Shown here: piece after piece, positions 22,654 through 33,270 of the stretch
How positions within the stretch are numbered: the stretch's first letter is position 1
How the letters are laid out: each line of letters begins with the position of its first letter
The notes under the pieces: generated by a model
Database searches by the model: none
Told to the model about the DNA's origin: nothing
Seen by the model: only the letters and a program-made list of their open reading frames with translations
Source of the DNA: an uncultured delta proteobacterium
Lineage (GTDB): Bacteria; Myxococcota; B64-G9
Direction: 5' to 3'
NCBI GenBank assembly: GCA_963754925.1
Contig: CAVWHX010000004.1
Span: forward strand, 96,001 to 160,000
Length of the DNA stretch: 64,000 bases
Translations under genes and position numbers: made by a program

Positions 22654-23622
22654 TTATTTCAGCAAATTTAGTTTTACGTCCATCTGATCTAACAACATCG
22701 CTTTTCCGGCGCCATCCTCGCCCTCCATCCGGCGCTCCACGGCGTGGATCAGTTCGGTGAGGGCTTGGTTGCAGGGCGCGTTCCCCAGGCGCGCAATGGC
22801 GCCGTTGATGTAATCGATCTCGGTCAGCCGCCCGGCGGCCAGGTCTACGAACATGCTCGATCGGTTGGCGGCTGTTTGCGCGGCGACCTCCTTCACCCGA
22901 GCGAGAACGTCTGCAGGTTCAAATATCAAGCCCCGACTGCGCGCAACCGCAACGCCTTCCCCAACAACCGCCTGTATGAGCCGCTGGGCGTTGCCGTGCT
23001 GGAGCAATTCACCGTTACGCAGCGCCAGGAGGGCGCCGAGCGGGTTAATCGCCGCATTGACCAAGAGCTTGAGCCAAATATCCCACTGGATATTTTGGCT
23101 GACCACCACCGCCACGCCTGCAACGGTAAACTCGTGGGCGATACGTTCGACCCTATCGGAGGTGCCGGACGGCCACTCGCCGACGACGCTGTGTCCCTCG
23201 CCGGTATGCTTCACCGTGCCCGGGCCAATCAGCTCGCAACCCATGGTCGTACCGCCGCCAAGCACCCTCCGCGCGCCGAGCATCTCGGTCAGCGTCTCGG
23301 CGATACCGAATCCATTCTGCAACGACCAAACCGGAATCGGCCGATCAAACAAAGCGCGGTGCATCTCCAGTGCGCGCTGGGTCTGGGTGGCCTTGACGCA
23401 TACGAGAATGAGCTCGACTTCGGAGACCTCCGCCGTCACGGCGACGACCTTGACGCGCACCTGGTGGCGTCCGCGCACGCCGTTCACGGTGATGCCGTCG
23501 ATGGCGAGACGACGAGCTCGCTCGGCACGATGATCGAGCAGGGTCACCTCGTGGCCCGCTTCACCCAAATAGGCCGCGTACAGGCAACCAACGGCTCCTG
23601 GCCCGATAATCGCTATTCTCAT
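22654..23622 (-). CDS. panE: 2-dehydropantoate 2-reductase
   Basis: GPGAVG, LQNG, WLKLLVNAAINP, SSM..D, TEIDYING. Confidence 0.93.
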   Translation of the reverse strand: MRIAIIGPGAVGCLYAAYLGEAGHEVTLLDHRAERARRLAIDGITVNGVRGRHQVRVKVVAVTAEVSEVELILVCVKATQTQRALEMHRALFDRPIPVWSLQNGFGIAETLTEMLGARRVLGGGTTMGCELIGPGTVKHTGEGHSVVGEWPSGTSDRVERIAHEFTVAGVAVVVSQNIQWDIWLKLLVNAAINPLGALLALRNGELLQHGNAQRLIQAVVGEGVAVARSRGLIFEPADVLARVKEVAAQTAANRSSMFVDLAAGRLTEIDYINGAIARLGNAPCNQALTELIHAVERRMEGEDGAGKAMLLDQMDVKLNLLK

Positions 23623-23742
23623 GTTTTCATAAACCTCATTGCCAGACTACCGATTTCGCCGGAAACCTTTTTGGGTTTGGGACGTTTTACGAGTATAATG
23701 TTTGTGACGATGCGGTAAAGCGATTTCTTTCAAGGATTATTC

Positions 23743-25161
23743 ATGAAGACGAGGCTGATCTCCATTTTAGTGCCGGTCTACAATGAACAGCTTTATCTCC
23801 GCCGCGTTATCAAGCGTGTGCTTGACGTCCCGCTCCCCGATGGTTTTAAGCGCGAGATTATCATCGTTGACGACGGTTCAACCGATGGTTCTAGCCGACT
23901 CGCCGATGCGATTGCCCGTGAATATCCAGCGGTAGTGCGATCCTTTCATCAAGATCGAAACCGCGGCAAGGGCGCGGCGATCCGCCGGGCGATACAGGAA
24001 ATGCGCGGCGAGCTGGTTATCTTTCAAGATGCCGATCTTGAATATGATCCCGCCGACTATACCCGTTTGCTTGAACCGTTGATTTCCGGGCACGCCGACG
24101 CGGTCTATGGCTCACGGTTTGCGAGCACTACCTGCAGGCGGGTGCTCAACTACCACCATGCATTGGGCAATTCACTGATAACGATCCTTTCGAACGCTAG
24201 CACCGGGTTCAACCTAACCGACATTGAAACCGGCTACAAGGCTTTTCGAGCCGATGTGCTCCGAACGATTCCGATCCGATCGGAACGCTTCGGGATCGAG
24301 CCGGAGCTGACCGCGAAAATTGCCAAACGACACTGCGTCGTATACGAAGTGCCCATTAGTTATCATGGCCGCACGTATGCCGAGGGTAAAAAGATCACCT
24401 GGCGGGATGGGTTGCAGGCCTTGGGGACCATTACCCGGTATGCGCTGGTTGACGATTGCTGGAACGAACGCTACGGGCACCAGGTTCTGGATTCGCTTTC
24501 GAACGCCCGTCATCTCACCGAATGGTCGGTCAAAACCATTGAACCCTTCCTCGGCCAGCGCATCATTGAAATTGGCTCCGGCACCGCCAATATCTCCCGA
24601 CAGCTACCGCGCCGCGAACACCTGACCGTAAGCGATTGCGACGAAGAATACCTGCGCTTGCTGAAGCTGGCGTTCCATGATCAGGACCACGTGTCGGTGC
24701 GCAAGCTCGACCTGAATTGCGCAAAGGATTTCGAGGCGGTGGCGCATCGCTACGACACCGTTTTGTGCCTCAACGTGCTCGAGCACATTCAGGATGATCA
24801 CAGGGCGCTCAAGCGTATGGCGTCGCTGCTGGAGCCCGACGGACGGCTGGTGCTCCAAGTGCCGCAGCACCCGGGTCTCTTTGGCGAGATGGATCGGGCG
24901 CTCGGCCACCTTCGCCGCTACCACCCGCAGGATCTGCGCGATAAGCTCACTGCCGCTGGATTCGAGGTGGAGCACGTGAGCAACTTCAACGCCGTCGGCA
25001 TCCTCGGCTGGTACCTCAATGTACGCCTGCTTGGCCGAACACAAATGAGCAAGCTGCAACTCAAGCTCTTCAACTCGCTGGTGCCCATCCTGCGCCGGAT
25101 TGAAGCCAATCTCTCACTCCCCGGGTTGGCGCTGATCGCCGTCGCCCGCGTGCCGCGTTGA
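23743..25161 (+). CDS. GT2 (DPM-synthase-like) glycosyltransferase fused to a class I SAM methyltransferase domain
   Basis: VPVYNE, DDGSTD, QDADLEYDP; EIGSGT, NVLEHI. Confidence 0.9.
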   Translation: MKTRLISILVPVYNEQLYLRRVIKRVLDVPLPDGFKREIIIVDDGSTDGSSRLADAIAREYPAVVRSFHQDRNRGKGAAIRRAIQEMRGELVIFQDADLEYDPADYTRLLEPLISGHADAVYGSRFASTTCRRVLNYHHALGNSLITILSNASTGFNLTDIETGYKAFRADVLRTIPIRSERFGIEPELTAKIAKRHCVVYEVPISYHGRTYAEGKKITWRDGLQALGTITRYALVDDCWNERYGHQVLDSLSNARHLTEWSVKTIEPFLGQRIIEIGSGTANISRQLPRREHLTVSDCDEEYLRLLKLAFHDQDHVSVRKLDLNCAKDFEAVAHRYDTVLCLNVLEHIQDDHRALKRMASLLEPDGRLVLQVPQHPGLFGEMDRALGHLRRYHPQDLRDKLTAAGFEVEHVSNFNAVGILGWYLNVRLLGRTQMSKLQLKLFNSLVPILRRIEANLSLPGLALIAVARVPR

Positions 25162-25225
25162 AAACTGACGTCGTTGCATAACGCGATTGTTGCAGCGCCC
25201 TGGGGGATGATGGTATGCAAGCCGC

Positions 25226-26117
25226 ATGAGTCGGCTACGTACAGCGCTTGAACATGGTGAGTTTGTCGTTACCGCGGAAACGGCTCCCCCCAAGGGGACC
25301 GACGTGGCACCCTTGCTTGCACGAGCTAAGCTGTTGGCGAAGTACACCCATGCGGTCAATATTACCGAGATGCAAAACGCCCGTATGCGCCTGGGTTCGA
25401 TACCGGCATGTCATCTCTTGGTCGAGGCCGGCATTGAAGCCATCGCCCATATCGCCTGCCGAGACCGCAATCGGCTCGCGCTGCAATCTGACACGCTATC
25501 GGTGTGGGTATTTGGGATCAAGAACGTTCTCTGCATAACCGGCGACCACACCCGCTTGGGAGATCATCCCGAGTCAAAGCCGGTGTTTGATCTCGATTCG
25601 GTCCAATTGATCCAGACCGTGGCCACCCTCAACAGCGGGTATGACCTGGCCGGAAACCAATTGGAGGGCCACCCTGATCTTTTTATCGGGGCAGTGGTCA
25701 ATCCGACGGCCGAGGCCCGCGACCTGCAGGCTTTGAAAATGCGCAAGAAGATTGCGGCCGGGGCCCGTTTTTTTCAGTCCCAGGCGATTTTTGAGCCGCA
25801 GCGACTCGCCGAGTTTTTGGCGTTGGTTCAGGGCGTGCCGTTTTACTTGATCGCCGGGGTGGTTTTTCCCAAGTCGGCCGCCACCTGCCGTTATATGAAC
25901 GAGCACGTGCCCGGGGTGCACGTGCCTGAATGGATCATTCAAGAGCTTGACGGGCTTGACAAGGCGGCTCGTCAGCAGAAATCGATTGAGATCTGCGCCG
26001 GCATCATCCGAGAAGCTTAAGGGTCTGTGCCACGGCGTACACGTCATGACATTGGGGCGCGAAGATCTGCTGCCGGAGATCCTCGCCAACGCCGGCATAC
26101 GGCCAATCAGCGGCTAG
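25226..26117 (+). CDS. metF: Methylenetetrahydrofolate reductase, frameshifted near 26010
   Basis: VTAETAPPKG, CRDRNRLALQS, TGD, FQSQ; C-terminal LCHGVHVMTLG...* (TAG 26115-26117) continues in a shifted frame. Confidence 0.88.
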
Positions 26118-26164
26118 CAGAGAGCGAACAACCGAGGAGCGGATGGGGAGGGAGATCCTACAGC

Positions 26165-27931
26165 GTGGCGGAATCACAAGCAACCGACGCCAACGGAAAT
26201 AGTAGTCCGCGGCGCGAGGCTCTCGTCGTTGCCGCAATCTGCGTGGTTGGGTTGAGCCTCCGATTGTTGGTGCTCTCGACCTGGGCGGCTACCCCGCTCT
26301 TTACCTCTCCGACAGGAGATGAGCTAAATTTCCATCGGACAGCGCTCGGGCTTATCGGTCAAGGTCCTCCGGTAGACGCCTTTCTGTATCAGCCGCTGTA
26401 CTCGTTCTACTTGGCGGGGCTGTATCTTTTGTTCGGCGTGGATCTGGCTATGGTAAGGACCGTGCAGCTGCTGCTCGGCCTCGGTACCGTGTTGCTGTGT
26501 TATGGACTTGGGCGCGAGCTCGGCGGGCGCGCCGCCGGAATCTGGGCGGCCGTGCTGTCCGCCTGCTACGGCCCGCTGATTTTCTTTGAAAGTCAGCTGC
26601 TCGCCCCGGCAATCAAGGTGCCGCTGTGCATCGCCTCCTTCTGGCTGCTGCTGCGGGCCGGTAAGCGAGACCGCCCGTGGCTGCTGCTGCCGTCCGGCCT
26701 GCTGTTCGGCCTGACCATGATGGCCCGCCCAAACTTAGGAGTCTGTTTACCCGTAGCAGGGCTCTGGCTCTGGACCCAATCCGGCGCTTTCATACGGCGT
26801 CTGACTGGCCTTTCGCTCGCATTGCTTGGGTTGGGGATCGGACTTTCACCATCCTGGATCCATAACCTTTCCCAAGGCGAGGCGGCAACCCCGGTTTCGT
26901 CCGCGGGTGGCATCAGTTTTTACATCGGCAACAATCCCCAAGCGACCGGCGCCTATCATGTGCCTCCGGGAGAGCATATCGACGCCACCAGCCACGAGGC
27001 TTACCGGATGAGCCTCCAAAAATTGGCTGAGTCGGATGCGGGACGATCGCTTTCTCCCTCCGAGGTCTCGGGCTACTGGTATAAACGCGGATTTCAATTC
27101 TGGCGCAAAGAACCCGGACTAGCGCTGGCCTTGCTGGGAGAGAAATTGTTGCTCGCCGTCAACGCCGAGGAAATGCCGATTCATTACTCATACCACTTCG
27201 GCCGAGAGATTATCCCCCTCCTCGGCTACCTGCCTACCTTTGCGGTGGTTTTTCCATTTGCGGCCATGGGGGTGGCGATGGGCCGGCGGCGCCAGCGTGG
27301 GGTGGGATTGCTTATTGGCTGCGCCGGGGTTTATGCCTTGACGCTCATCGTCTATTATGTTTCCGACCGTTACCGCTTGATGCTGCTCCCGATGCTGTGG
27401 CCGTTGGCCGGCCTGGGTGCAGCTCAGCTTACCACGCTGGTCAGCGAAGGAAGTTGGCGGCGGATTGCTCGGGTTCTTTTGGTGTTCGGGATAGCGTTCG
27501 CAGCGACACAGGTGCCGCTGGTCACCGAATCAATGCGCCTCCAAGGAATCGTCAGTGGTTACAACCTCATGGGCAAGGCCGAGGGCGAGCTCGGTCGCCT
27601 CGACCAAGCCGAGGCTTATTTTCAAAAAGCCATCCAGTTGGCCGGCCCTCACCACGGAATCCTCATCCGCATAAATTTAGGCATCGTGTTTGAAAAACGA
27701 GGTGATTTTGGCGGTGCGCGCATGCACTACCGCGAAGTAGTCGAGATTGCTCCCGAAAATGCTTTTGCGTTGGGCCGATTGGCCAATTTGGCAGAACAAC
27801 AAGGCGACTATGAAGAAGCCCTGCACTGGTGGGAAAAACTCAGCGTCGTGCTTGATGATCCCGCCCCCGCCCGCGCCGCTATCTCGCGACTCAAGTCGCG
27901 ACTGCGGGCGTCTCTGCCTGCGGACAAATAG
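26165..27931 (+). CDS. GT-C (PMT/ArnT-like) membrane glycosyltransferase with C-terminal TPRs
   Basis: GDE motif after TM1, YQPLYS, RPN, FYIGNNP, RYR; TPR-like tail; GTG after GGGAGGGAG. Confidence 0.8.
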   Translation: MAESQATDANGNSSPRREALVVAAICVVGLSLRLLVLSTWAATPLFTSPTGDELNFHRTALGLIGQGPPVDAFLYQPLYSFYLAGLYLLFGVDLAMVRTVQLLLGLGTVLLCYGLGRELGGRAAGIWAAVLSACYGPLIFFESQLLAPAIKVPLCIASFWLLLRAGKRDRPWLLLPSGLLFGLTMMARPNLGVCLPVAGLWLWTQSGAFIRRLTGLSLALLGLGIGLSPSWIHNLSQGEAATPVSSAGGISFYIGNNPQATGAYHVPPGEHIDATSHEAYRMSLQKLAESDAGRSLSPSEVSGYWYKRGFQFWRKEPGLALALLGEKLLLAVNAEEMPIHYSYHFGREIIPLLGYLPTFAVVFPFAAMGVAMGRRRQRGVGLLIGCAGVYALTLIVYYVSDRYRLMLLPMLWPLAGLGAAQLTTLVSEGSWRRIARVLLVFGIAFAATQVPLVTESMRLQGIVSGYNLMGKAEGELGRLDQAEAYFQKAIQLAGPHHGILIRINLGIVFEKRGDFGGARMHYREVVEIAPENAFALGRLANLAEQQGDYEEALHWWEKLSVVLDDPAPARAAISRLKSRLRASLPADK

Positions 27932-27958
27932 CCATACCTAATCACGCCGCCCAACACC

Positions 27959-29416
27959 CTACCAGTCGGCGATCGTCCGCTTAAGTTCTCCGACGCAATC
28001 TTTGCCGCCATAAAAGATGCCCGCGAGCGGCATGACTTTCTGGGCTTGCACAACCATTTCCGACGCGAGGTCGCGGATGTCCCATTGGGCCTCGTGGTCG
28101 CACCGCAGCCGACTCAGATGCCCAAGGTCGCGGGCATTGAGGCGCATGAGTACTCGCCGACGGTGGGTGTTGGTCAGCACATACGGAGCAACTTCCGGCG
28201 CCTGTTCGCGGAGCTCACGATACATCTTTTCTACGTTATCAAGTTTTGCATGAAAGAGCTCAGCCAAACCGGCACGTGTAATTGCTTCGGGCACCGTCCG
28301 GCCGAGGTCCGGGTCGTAATCTTGGGTCAGCAGGGTGGCCATACGATGTCGCTTGAGTTGCGCGAAGGCGGTCGCGCTCACGATCAATTCGAACGTAAAA
28401 CTGACCGTCTCGAATGCCCGCGGCAGCGCATCCCACAGCTCCATGGACTTATAGACGATTCCGAAGATGTACCGCAGGTCTTCCTGACCCTGCGCTCGTA
28501 AGTGTTCCCGACATTCGGCAAGGGAACGCTGCATGTACGGATACAGCAGCGCCGACGCAATCGTACTATCTGGATCCGGCGTGTGGTCTTGCAAGACCAC
28601 CTGCCTATCCTCCCCCGCCGCGGATTGCCCGGAAATAATATCCTTGGCGTGAGATTTCAGCAATCCAGGTGTGTCTCTAAAATAATTAGTGGGTCCAGTA
28701 TAGCGAATGAGCGACGGAGCCACGGCAAATGTCACCTCCCGAAGCTTTTGTCCCAGATCTCGCGCCTCGGCAAGCTGGTGCGACTTTAATCGTGCGATCA
28801 TCAGCTCGAGCGTCCGGGCGTTCACTGTCATGCCGAGCTGCGTTTCGGTGCAGAGCGGCAGTAGATACCGGGCGTCCTCATGGGCCCGGCTTTCGATGTC
28901 GCGACGCTTAGCGTGGGCCGGTGCCTCGACGCGCGCTTGGTCGGTGAGCTTATCCGCCATAGTCTGATACGCGGAGGCGAGTTCGGTGACCAGGTCTCGG
29001 AATTTTTGTTCGAGGTCCATTTCTTTAATTTCAGCCGGTACGACGATGTCTCCCTGCAGGCGCACATAGCGCTGCGATTTCTCGGTATAGGACGCGAGGC
29101 GGTGATGCTCCAGCGCTTCCACCGCCAACCGGGAAACACCGGATATATCCAGATTGAAAACCGCGTGTTCGGAAACTGAGGCGTGGCCCATATCAAAAAT
29201 GATGGCGCGGTTCGAGGCACGGGCCCGCTCGACTTCGCGGCAGGCGAGCGAGCGCAACTCGGAGACATGCCGGGGGTCGCGGCTAATCCGGGCGTAGGCC
29301 GCTGAAATAGTCTCCGGCGAAAGCGCCCCCCCGTCCGCTTCGCTGGCTCCCGTAAGCCGCTTATCGAGCACCTGAACATCAACGTTATACCCACCCAGGG
29401 TAACGGAAAGCGGCAT
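27959..29416 (-). CDS. thyX: FAD-dependent thymidylate synthase, tandem double-domain type
   Basis: GHASVSEHA, HHRLASYTEKSQRYV, EDARYLLP; second domain QLKRHRMAT...AQWDIR. Confidence 0.88.
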   Translation of the reverse strand: MPLSVTLGGYNVDVQVLDKRLTGASEADGGALSPETISAAYARISRDPRHVSELRSLACREVERARASNRAIIFDMGHASVSEHAVFNLDISGVSRLAVEALEHHRLASYTEKSQRYVRLQGDIVVPAEIKEMDLEQKFRDLVTELASAYQTMADKLTDQARVEAPAHAKRRDIESRAHEDARYLLPLCTETQLGMTVNARTLELMIARLKSHQLAEARDLGQKLREVTFAVAPSLIRYTGPTNYFRDTPGLLKSHAKDIISGQSAAGEDRQVVLQDHTPDPDSTIASALLYPYMQRSLAECREHLRAQGQEDLRYIFGIVYKSMELWDALPRAFETVSFTFELIVSATAFAQLKRHRMATLLTQDYDPDLGRTVPEAITRAGLAELFHAKLDNVEKMYRELREQAPEVAPYVLTNTHRRRVLMRLNARDLGHLSRLRCDHEAQWDIRDLASEMVVQAQKVMPLAGIFYGGKDCVGELKRTIADW

Positions 29417-29471
29417 GGTAAATCCTCAGCCTCGGTACTCCTCCAACCCATAGCAGGTCAGAACTATTTAA

Positions 29472-32400
29472 TCACCGGGATAGCGGTTTCTCGCCGGACC
29501 TCATAAAGCGCTCGCGGATAGTGGCCGAGCGCGGGATGGCCATCCAATCGCCCGGTTGCATTTTACGCGGGGTGCGAGCCGGCGGCGCCTTGTCGTGCTC
29601 GGTCAGCGGCACAATCAAGAGGCGGCCGCCCTTCTTGGCGTGGCGAACGTCAACCAACGCCAGTCCGACTTGGCGCTCGCCGGTAGCGATGGCGCTGGTG
29701 ACGATGCCGCTGTATTCCCCCTTCTTGCCATCGAGCACCGGGTTGCCCGGACGCAGCACCTTGCCGCCTTTCTCGTCCACTTCAAAACGCACGATCGTGC
29801 GTTCGCGATGCGCATGCCACTGCCGGGCGGCTTGCCGACCGACGAAGAACGGTTTATGCAGCTTGACAAACGCGCCGTAGCCGGCCTCAATCGGGTTTAT
29901 CGCGTGGTAGCCTGCCAGCTCATGACCATGTAGGGGAAGCCCGGCCTCGGTGCGGGTGGAGTCGCGCGCCCCGAGACCGGCGGGGATAAGACCCTCGGGC
30001 TTGCCGGCTTCGAGCAGCGCGTTCCACACAGTGACGGCGCGATCGGGATGCACGTACAGCTCAAAACCGATATTTTCTCCGGTGTAGCCGGTTCGAGACA
30101 CGAAGGCGTCGATCCCGGCCACGTCGCACGCGAAGAAGTGAAATTTACGCAGATGCTTGAGGTCGATCCTCTTCGAGCGGCTGGGCATGACCTTCTCCAA
30201 GATGGCCCGCGCGGCCGGTCCCTGCAACGCGAGATCCACTCGGCGTTCGTCGCCGCAAGCCGGGTCTTTCAAATTGCGGATGGCCACGGTTCCCTCGACG
30301 CGCACATCCGGCCGCTGCGCATCGAGCTGGACGCGGCCATCGGCCACCGCCCGAAACCAAGTCTCGTCCTCGTCGGTGTTGGCGGCATTGACCACCACCA
30401 TGAAGCGATCGCGGGTAAGACGGTAGATGATCACGTCATCGATGCACCGACCGGCGTGATCGAGTAGGAACGAGTAATGCGCCTGGCCCGGCAACAGGGC
30501 CGGCACATAATTGGCCGTGGTCAGATCGAGAAAACGTTCGGCGAACGGGCCGGAAAACTCGAGCGCGCCCATGTGCGCCACGTCGAAAAGACCCGCACGC
30601 GTGCGCACGGCTTCGTGCTCATCGAGGATGCTCCGATACATGACCGGCATGCGCCAACCGGCGAAGGCCACCAAATGCTTTGGACTGACCAGCCGTTCGT
30701 GCTCCGCGTACAGGCACGTTCTCCTAAGCTCACCGACCGCTGGGGTAAAGGCGAACGGCGCCGGACCTTCCGGCATTTTTTGCAGCGTGGCCCGCAGCGC
30801 TTTTTGGCCGATAAAAAAAGGTTTGTTGAGATGAATACGATCTGCCCAGGCGCCGGTCAGGAGATCGCCGCTCGTTGCCGTAGGCTTCGGATACGCCTCG
30901 GCCAGCGCTCGGCAACCAACTTCTCTGGCGCCCGCGCGGCTGAGGCGAGCCCAGAGGGTAGGAGCTTCAGTAGCCGGAACAAACAGGTCGAGCCCCGGGA
31001 CGTCGTCGAGGCGACTGAGAACAGCGCCCGAACCCAAGGGGGCGATACGGCCGGGCAGCGGCGGCGCCAAACCGAATGACGTTTGGAAAACCTCGCCGGC
31101 TTTAGGTCCCCGTAAACCAACGCACGTTAACGCCTGCCGCCCGTCCGAAGGCTGCATGAGATCCTCGATGACTGCCGGGCCCTCGCACTTGAGCTGCAAA
31201 TCCTCATCGTGGAGAATGTAACCGTCCGATAACCCGCGCAGCCAGTTGGTGACACGGTCCGGATCGGCGGTATGCAGTCGCAACCAGTAGCGCTCGTGTC
31301 CTTCAGCAGCAGGCGACAGGCGGATAACCTGTCCGTGCGCCAGGGGTAGGCCGTTCGGATCGAGCAACAGCGTCATGCTGGTCTGACCGGGCGTGAGCGT
31401 GAGCACGCTGCAGGTCAGGGCGCTTTCAAGCAACGGGCCGGGCTTTCCCATGCTTAATTCGAGCAGGAGCTCTCCGCCGCTGTCGATAAGAGCACAGCCT
31501 GATTGCAGCGCGGCTTTCTCGGCGGCCACATCTCCAAACTGTGCAGGCCTCAGCCAACCATCCTCCTCGACCAGGGTTACACCCGCGCGCTGATGCACCC
31601 TCGTCAGTTCTGTTTGGCGGGGACGCGGATCAGACCGGAGCGTGACGTGTGGGTAGGCCCCCTCCGCCGTACCACCCCCGGCGAGGGGGTCGGCGGCAGC
31701 GACGAGCTGGCGTACCCCGTCTGAAACCTCTTCAAGGATCGCTGGATCAATCTTTCCACGGCCCCACTCGATGCGCCCGCCAATGTACGAGAACGGCTTG
31801 GTACTCGTGACGATCCGAGCCACCAGACTGGCGACGCGGGCCATGTGTTCGGGCTTGAGGCCGCGCTGGCTCACCCAGGTGGTGCCAAAACGCAGGCCGC
31901 TGGGGTGGATGGCGTTGGTGTCTCCGGCAATGGTGTTCTTGTTGCAGACGATCCCGCAGAGATCGAGAAGGCGCGAGCAAATCTCCCCGGTCAGGGGTTC
32001 ACCGGTCGATGACGCTATCGTCCGCAGATCAACCAGGCACATATGGGTATTGGTGCCCCCGTAGGCGAGGGTCAGGCCGTTATCCGTGAAGCCCTTGGCC
32101 AGGGCCTGCGCGTTTGCCAAGACCAGGCGCTGTAAAGCACGGAACGCATCCGTCTTGGCGTACTCCATGGCCACTGCTTTGGCGGCCAACACATGGATGT
32201 GCGGCCCGCCCTGTTCGCCCGGAAAGACGCCGAAGTCGAGCTTGGCGGCTATGGCGGGATCGGTCGAGAGGAGCACCGCACCGCGCGGCCCGCATAATGT
32301 TTTGTGGGTGGTGAAGCTCACCACGTGGGCATACCCAACCGGGTTATTCAACAATCCGGCAGCGATCATTCCGGCGAGGTGGGCGATGTCGGCCAGCAAA

Positions 32401-33092
32401 ATGGCTCCGCACGCATCGGCTGCCTGGCGCATGCGCGCCCAGTCAATGTCGTAGGGGTAGGCTGAGAACCCGCCGATCAGAAGTTTCGGCCGCGCTTTGA
32501 GAGCCAGCGCTTCAATGGCATCATAGTCCAACTGGCCGGCGCGGGAGAGTTGATACGAAACGACGTTAAAGGTTGCCCCCGAGCGGTTGACGCGAGAGCC
32601 GTGGGTCAGGTGGCCGCCGTGGGTGAGCTCCGCCCCCATGACGGTGTCGCCCGGTTTGCAAAAAGCGTTGTAGACCGCGTTGTTGGCAGCCGCGCCAGAG
32701 AGCGGTTGAACATTAACGAAGATCGCGTCGGCGCGCACGCGCTCGTTCGCAAACAGCTCGGCCGTGCGGCGCCGCGCGACCGACTCGAGAATATCGACAT
32801 ACTCGCAACCCTTGTAGTAACGCCGGTTTGACAGGCGCCGGAAGTGAACGAGTTGATGCGCGTAGGAGGTGAGTCGCGCCGTCGGCTCGACCAACGTGCG
32901 CGGCGAGGGGTATCCTTCGGCATAGATATGACCGAACTCAGAGGCAAGCGCCGCACGCACCGGCGGCGGGCATAGACTCTCGCTCGCGATAAAGATCAGC
33001 TTGCGTCGCTGGCGCTCTGCTTCCCGACAGATAATATCGTGTATGAAAGGATCAAGTTCATTGAGTGATTGCGTTGGGTAAAGCTCGGACAT
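29472..33092 (-). CDS. Fusion: serine hydroxymethyltransferase + degenerate GcvT domain + intact GcvT aminomethyltransferase
   Basis: YAEGYP, GGHLTHG, TTHKTLCGPRG (SHMT); FAGWRMP, GLFDVAHMG, SRTGYTGE, GLGARDSTRTEAG (GcvT); one continuous 1206-aa frame. Confidence 0.9.
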   Translation of the reverse strand: MSELYPTQSLNELDPFIHDIICREAERQRRKLIFIASESLCPPPVRAALASEFGHIYAEGYPSPRTLVEPTARLTSYAHQLVHFRRLSNRRYYKGCEYVDILESVARRRTAELFANERVRADAIFVNVQPLSGAAANNAVYNAFCKPGDTVMGAELTHGGHLTHGSRVNRSGATFNVVSYQLSRAGQLDYDAIEALALKARPKLLIGGFSAYPYDIDWARMRQAADACGAILLADIAHLAGMIAAGLLNNPVGYAHVVSFTTHKTLCGPRGAVLLSTDPAIAAKLDFGVFPGEQGGPHIHVLAAKAVAMEYAKTDAFRALQRLVLANAQALAKGFTDNGLTLAYGGTNTHMCLVDLRTIASSTGEPLTGEICSRLLDLCGIVCNKNTIAGDTNAIHPSGLRFGTTWVSQRGLKPEHMARVASLVARIVTSTKPFSYIGGRIEWGRGKIDPAILEEVSDGVRQLVAAADPLAGGGTAEGAYPHVTLRSDPRPRQTELTRVHQRAGVTLVEEDGWLRPAQFGDVAAEKAALQSGCALIDSGGELLLELSMGKPGPLLESALTCSVLTLTPGQTSMTLLLDPNGLPLAHGQVIRLSPAAEGHERYWLRLHTADPDRVTNWLRGLSDGYILHDEDLQLKCEGPAVIEDLMQPSDGRQALTCVGLRGPKAGEVFQTSFGLAPPLPGRIAPLGSGAVLSRLDDVPGLDLFVPATEAPTLWARLSRAGAREVGCRALAEAYPKPTATSGDLLTGAWADRIHLNKPFFIGQKALRATLQKMPEGPAPFAFTPAVGELRRTCLYAEHERLVSPKHLVAFAGWRMPVMYRSILDEHEAVRTRAGLFDVAHMGALEFSGPFAERFLDLTTANYVPALLPGQAHYSFLLDHAGRCIDDVIIYRLTRDRFMVVVNAANTDEDETWFRAVADGRVQLDAQRPDVRVEGTVAIRNLKDPACGDERRVDLALQGPAARAILEKVMPSRSKRIDLKHLRKFHFFACDVAGIDAFVSRTGYTGENIGFELYVHPDRAVTVWNALLEAGKPEGLIPAGLGARDSTRTEAGLPLHGHELAGYHAINPIEAGYGAFVKLHKPFFVGRQAARQWHAHRERTIVRFEVDEKGGKVLRPGNPVLDGKKGEYSGIVTSAIATGERQVGLALVDVRHAKKGGRLLIVPLTEHDKAPPARTPRKMQPGDWMAIPRSATIRERFMRSGEKPLSR

Positions 33093-33202
33093 TGCATCCG
33101 CAACCTAGCGCCTTTTACCAAACGATGCAACTAGTACATGTTCATCAGTACCTATCTACGATGGGTGTGATAGGGTTGCCACGCCCAAACGACAACAGTT
33201 CG

Positions 33203-33231
33203 TTGACGCTCAAATAAAACTCCTGTACAAG
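33203..33231 (+). promoter_or_regulatory. Putative sigma70 promoter for rseP-tsaB
   Basis: TTGACG-N17-TACAAG, 40 nt upstream of the start. Confidence 0.45.
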
Positions 33232-33270
33232 AGGGACTGTCGGATTTGTTTATTAAGGAAACGGTGGCGA

